From: Tubiluchus corallicola
Lineage: Eukaryota > Animalia > Priapulida
Assembly (NCBI GenBank): GCA_030141605.1
Contig: JAQGDQ010000119.1
Location: 124,001-188,000, forward strand
Direction: 5' to 3'
Length of the DNA: 64,000 nucleotides
Below the pieces are notes generated by a model. That model was not told the origin of the DNA. It did no database searches and saw nothing but the letters and a program-made list of their open reading frames with translations. A program made the translations under genes and the position numbers. The first letter of the stretch is position 1; each line of letters starts with the position of its first letter. Positions 63,556 to 64,000 of this stretch are shown in pieces.

Positions 63556-64000
63556 CTAAAACAACAAACACATTTATTGTCAAAAGTAAACAAGACAATT
63601 CGCATTAAAAACAGACATTAAAATGTGAGTTTAATTTTAATTACGAATTTGTCTGTTGAAAACGGTTTAGCAATTAAACAGAAAAGTCCTGCTTTAAATA
63701 AATCCATTGACTTAGCAGTACAGCGACAGATTTTTTGGAGTTAAACTGTTAATCGCTTTCATAAAAGTAGCATAAAAATTTAAGTAATGCTATAGCTAAA
63801 ATTTTGCTTGCAAATATAAATGGCTTCTAGCATTTAAAATTTCGAATACAATAACTTAATAGTTTAATAGTTAGTCAACAAACACAGTCAAAAATCGTTA
63901 GAACATCCCCTTCCTTATAACATCAACTTCATTTAATGCCTGAAGTTTTGGCAAAACAAAATATCTATGCTTGCATAGACATGTATGTATTAATGCGCCT

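Noticed and set aside
63900-63945. Possible further IQCA1 exon after a minus-strand ttcAG
   Set aside because: The frame read closes quickly, with no suitable donor or family similarity; upstream exons are presumably outside the window.

Overview
AT-rich, repeat-dense animal (probably invertebrate) genomic DNA with spliceosomal introns; there are no prokaryotic features. Reading splice sites by hand gives four gene units. (1) An orphan + strand terminal coding exon (19538-20218). (2) A two-exon HD-domain 5'-deoxynucleotidase gene (HDDC2-like, +) whose single 22.8-kb intron (25014-47830) contains (3) two complete, intact, antisense tandem paralogues of a METTL27/WBSCR27-like SAM methyltransferase, five coding exons each with identical intron phases. 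(4) The last nine exons of an IQCA1/DRC11-like AAA protein (-), convergent with HDDC2. The remainder is a decayed CR1/L2-group LINE, many MITE families (hAT-like, Kolobok-like, Tc1/pogo-like, piggyBac-like, Ginger-like), four degenerate tRNA-derived sequences and long microsatellites. The most notable feature is the nested methyltransferase pair. Both genes have a splice acceptor just before the ATG (shared leader exon or SL trans-splicing is possible), and they share an apparent gene-conversion tract. Family assignments come from recalled motifs, not database searches.
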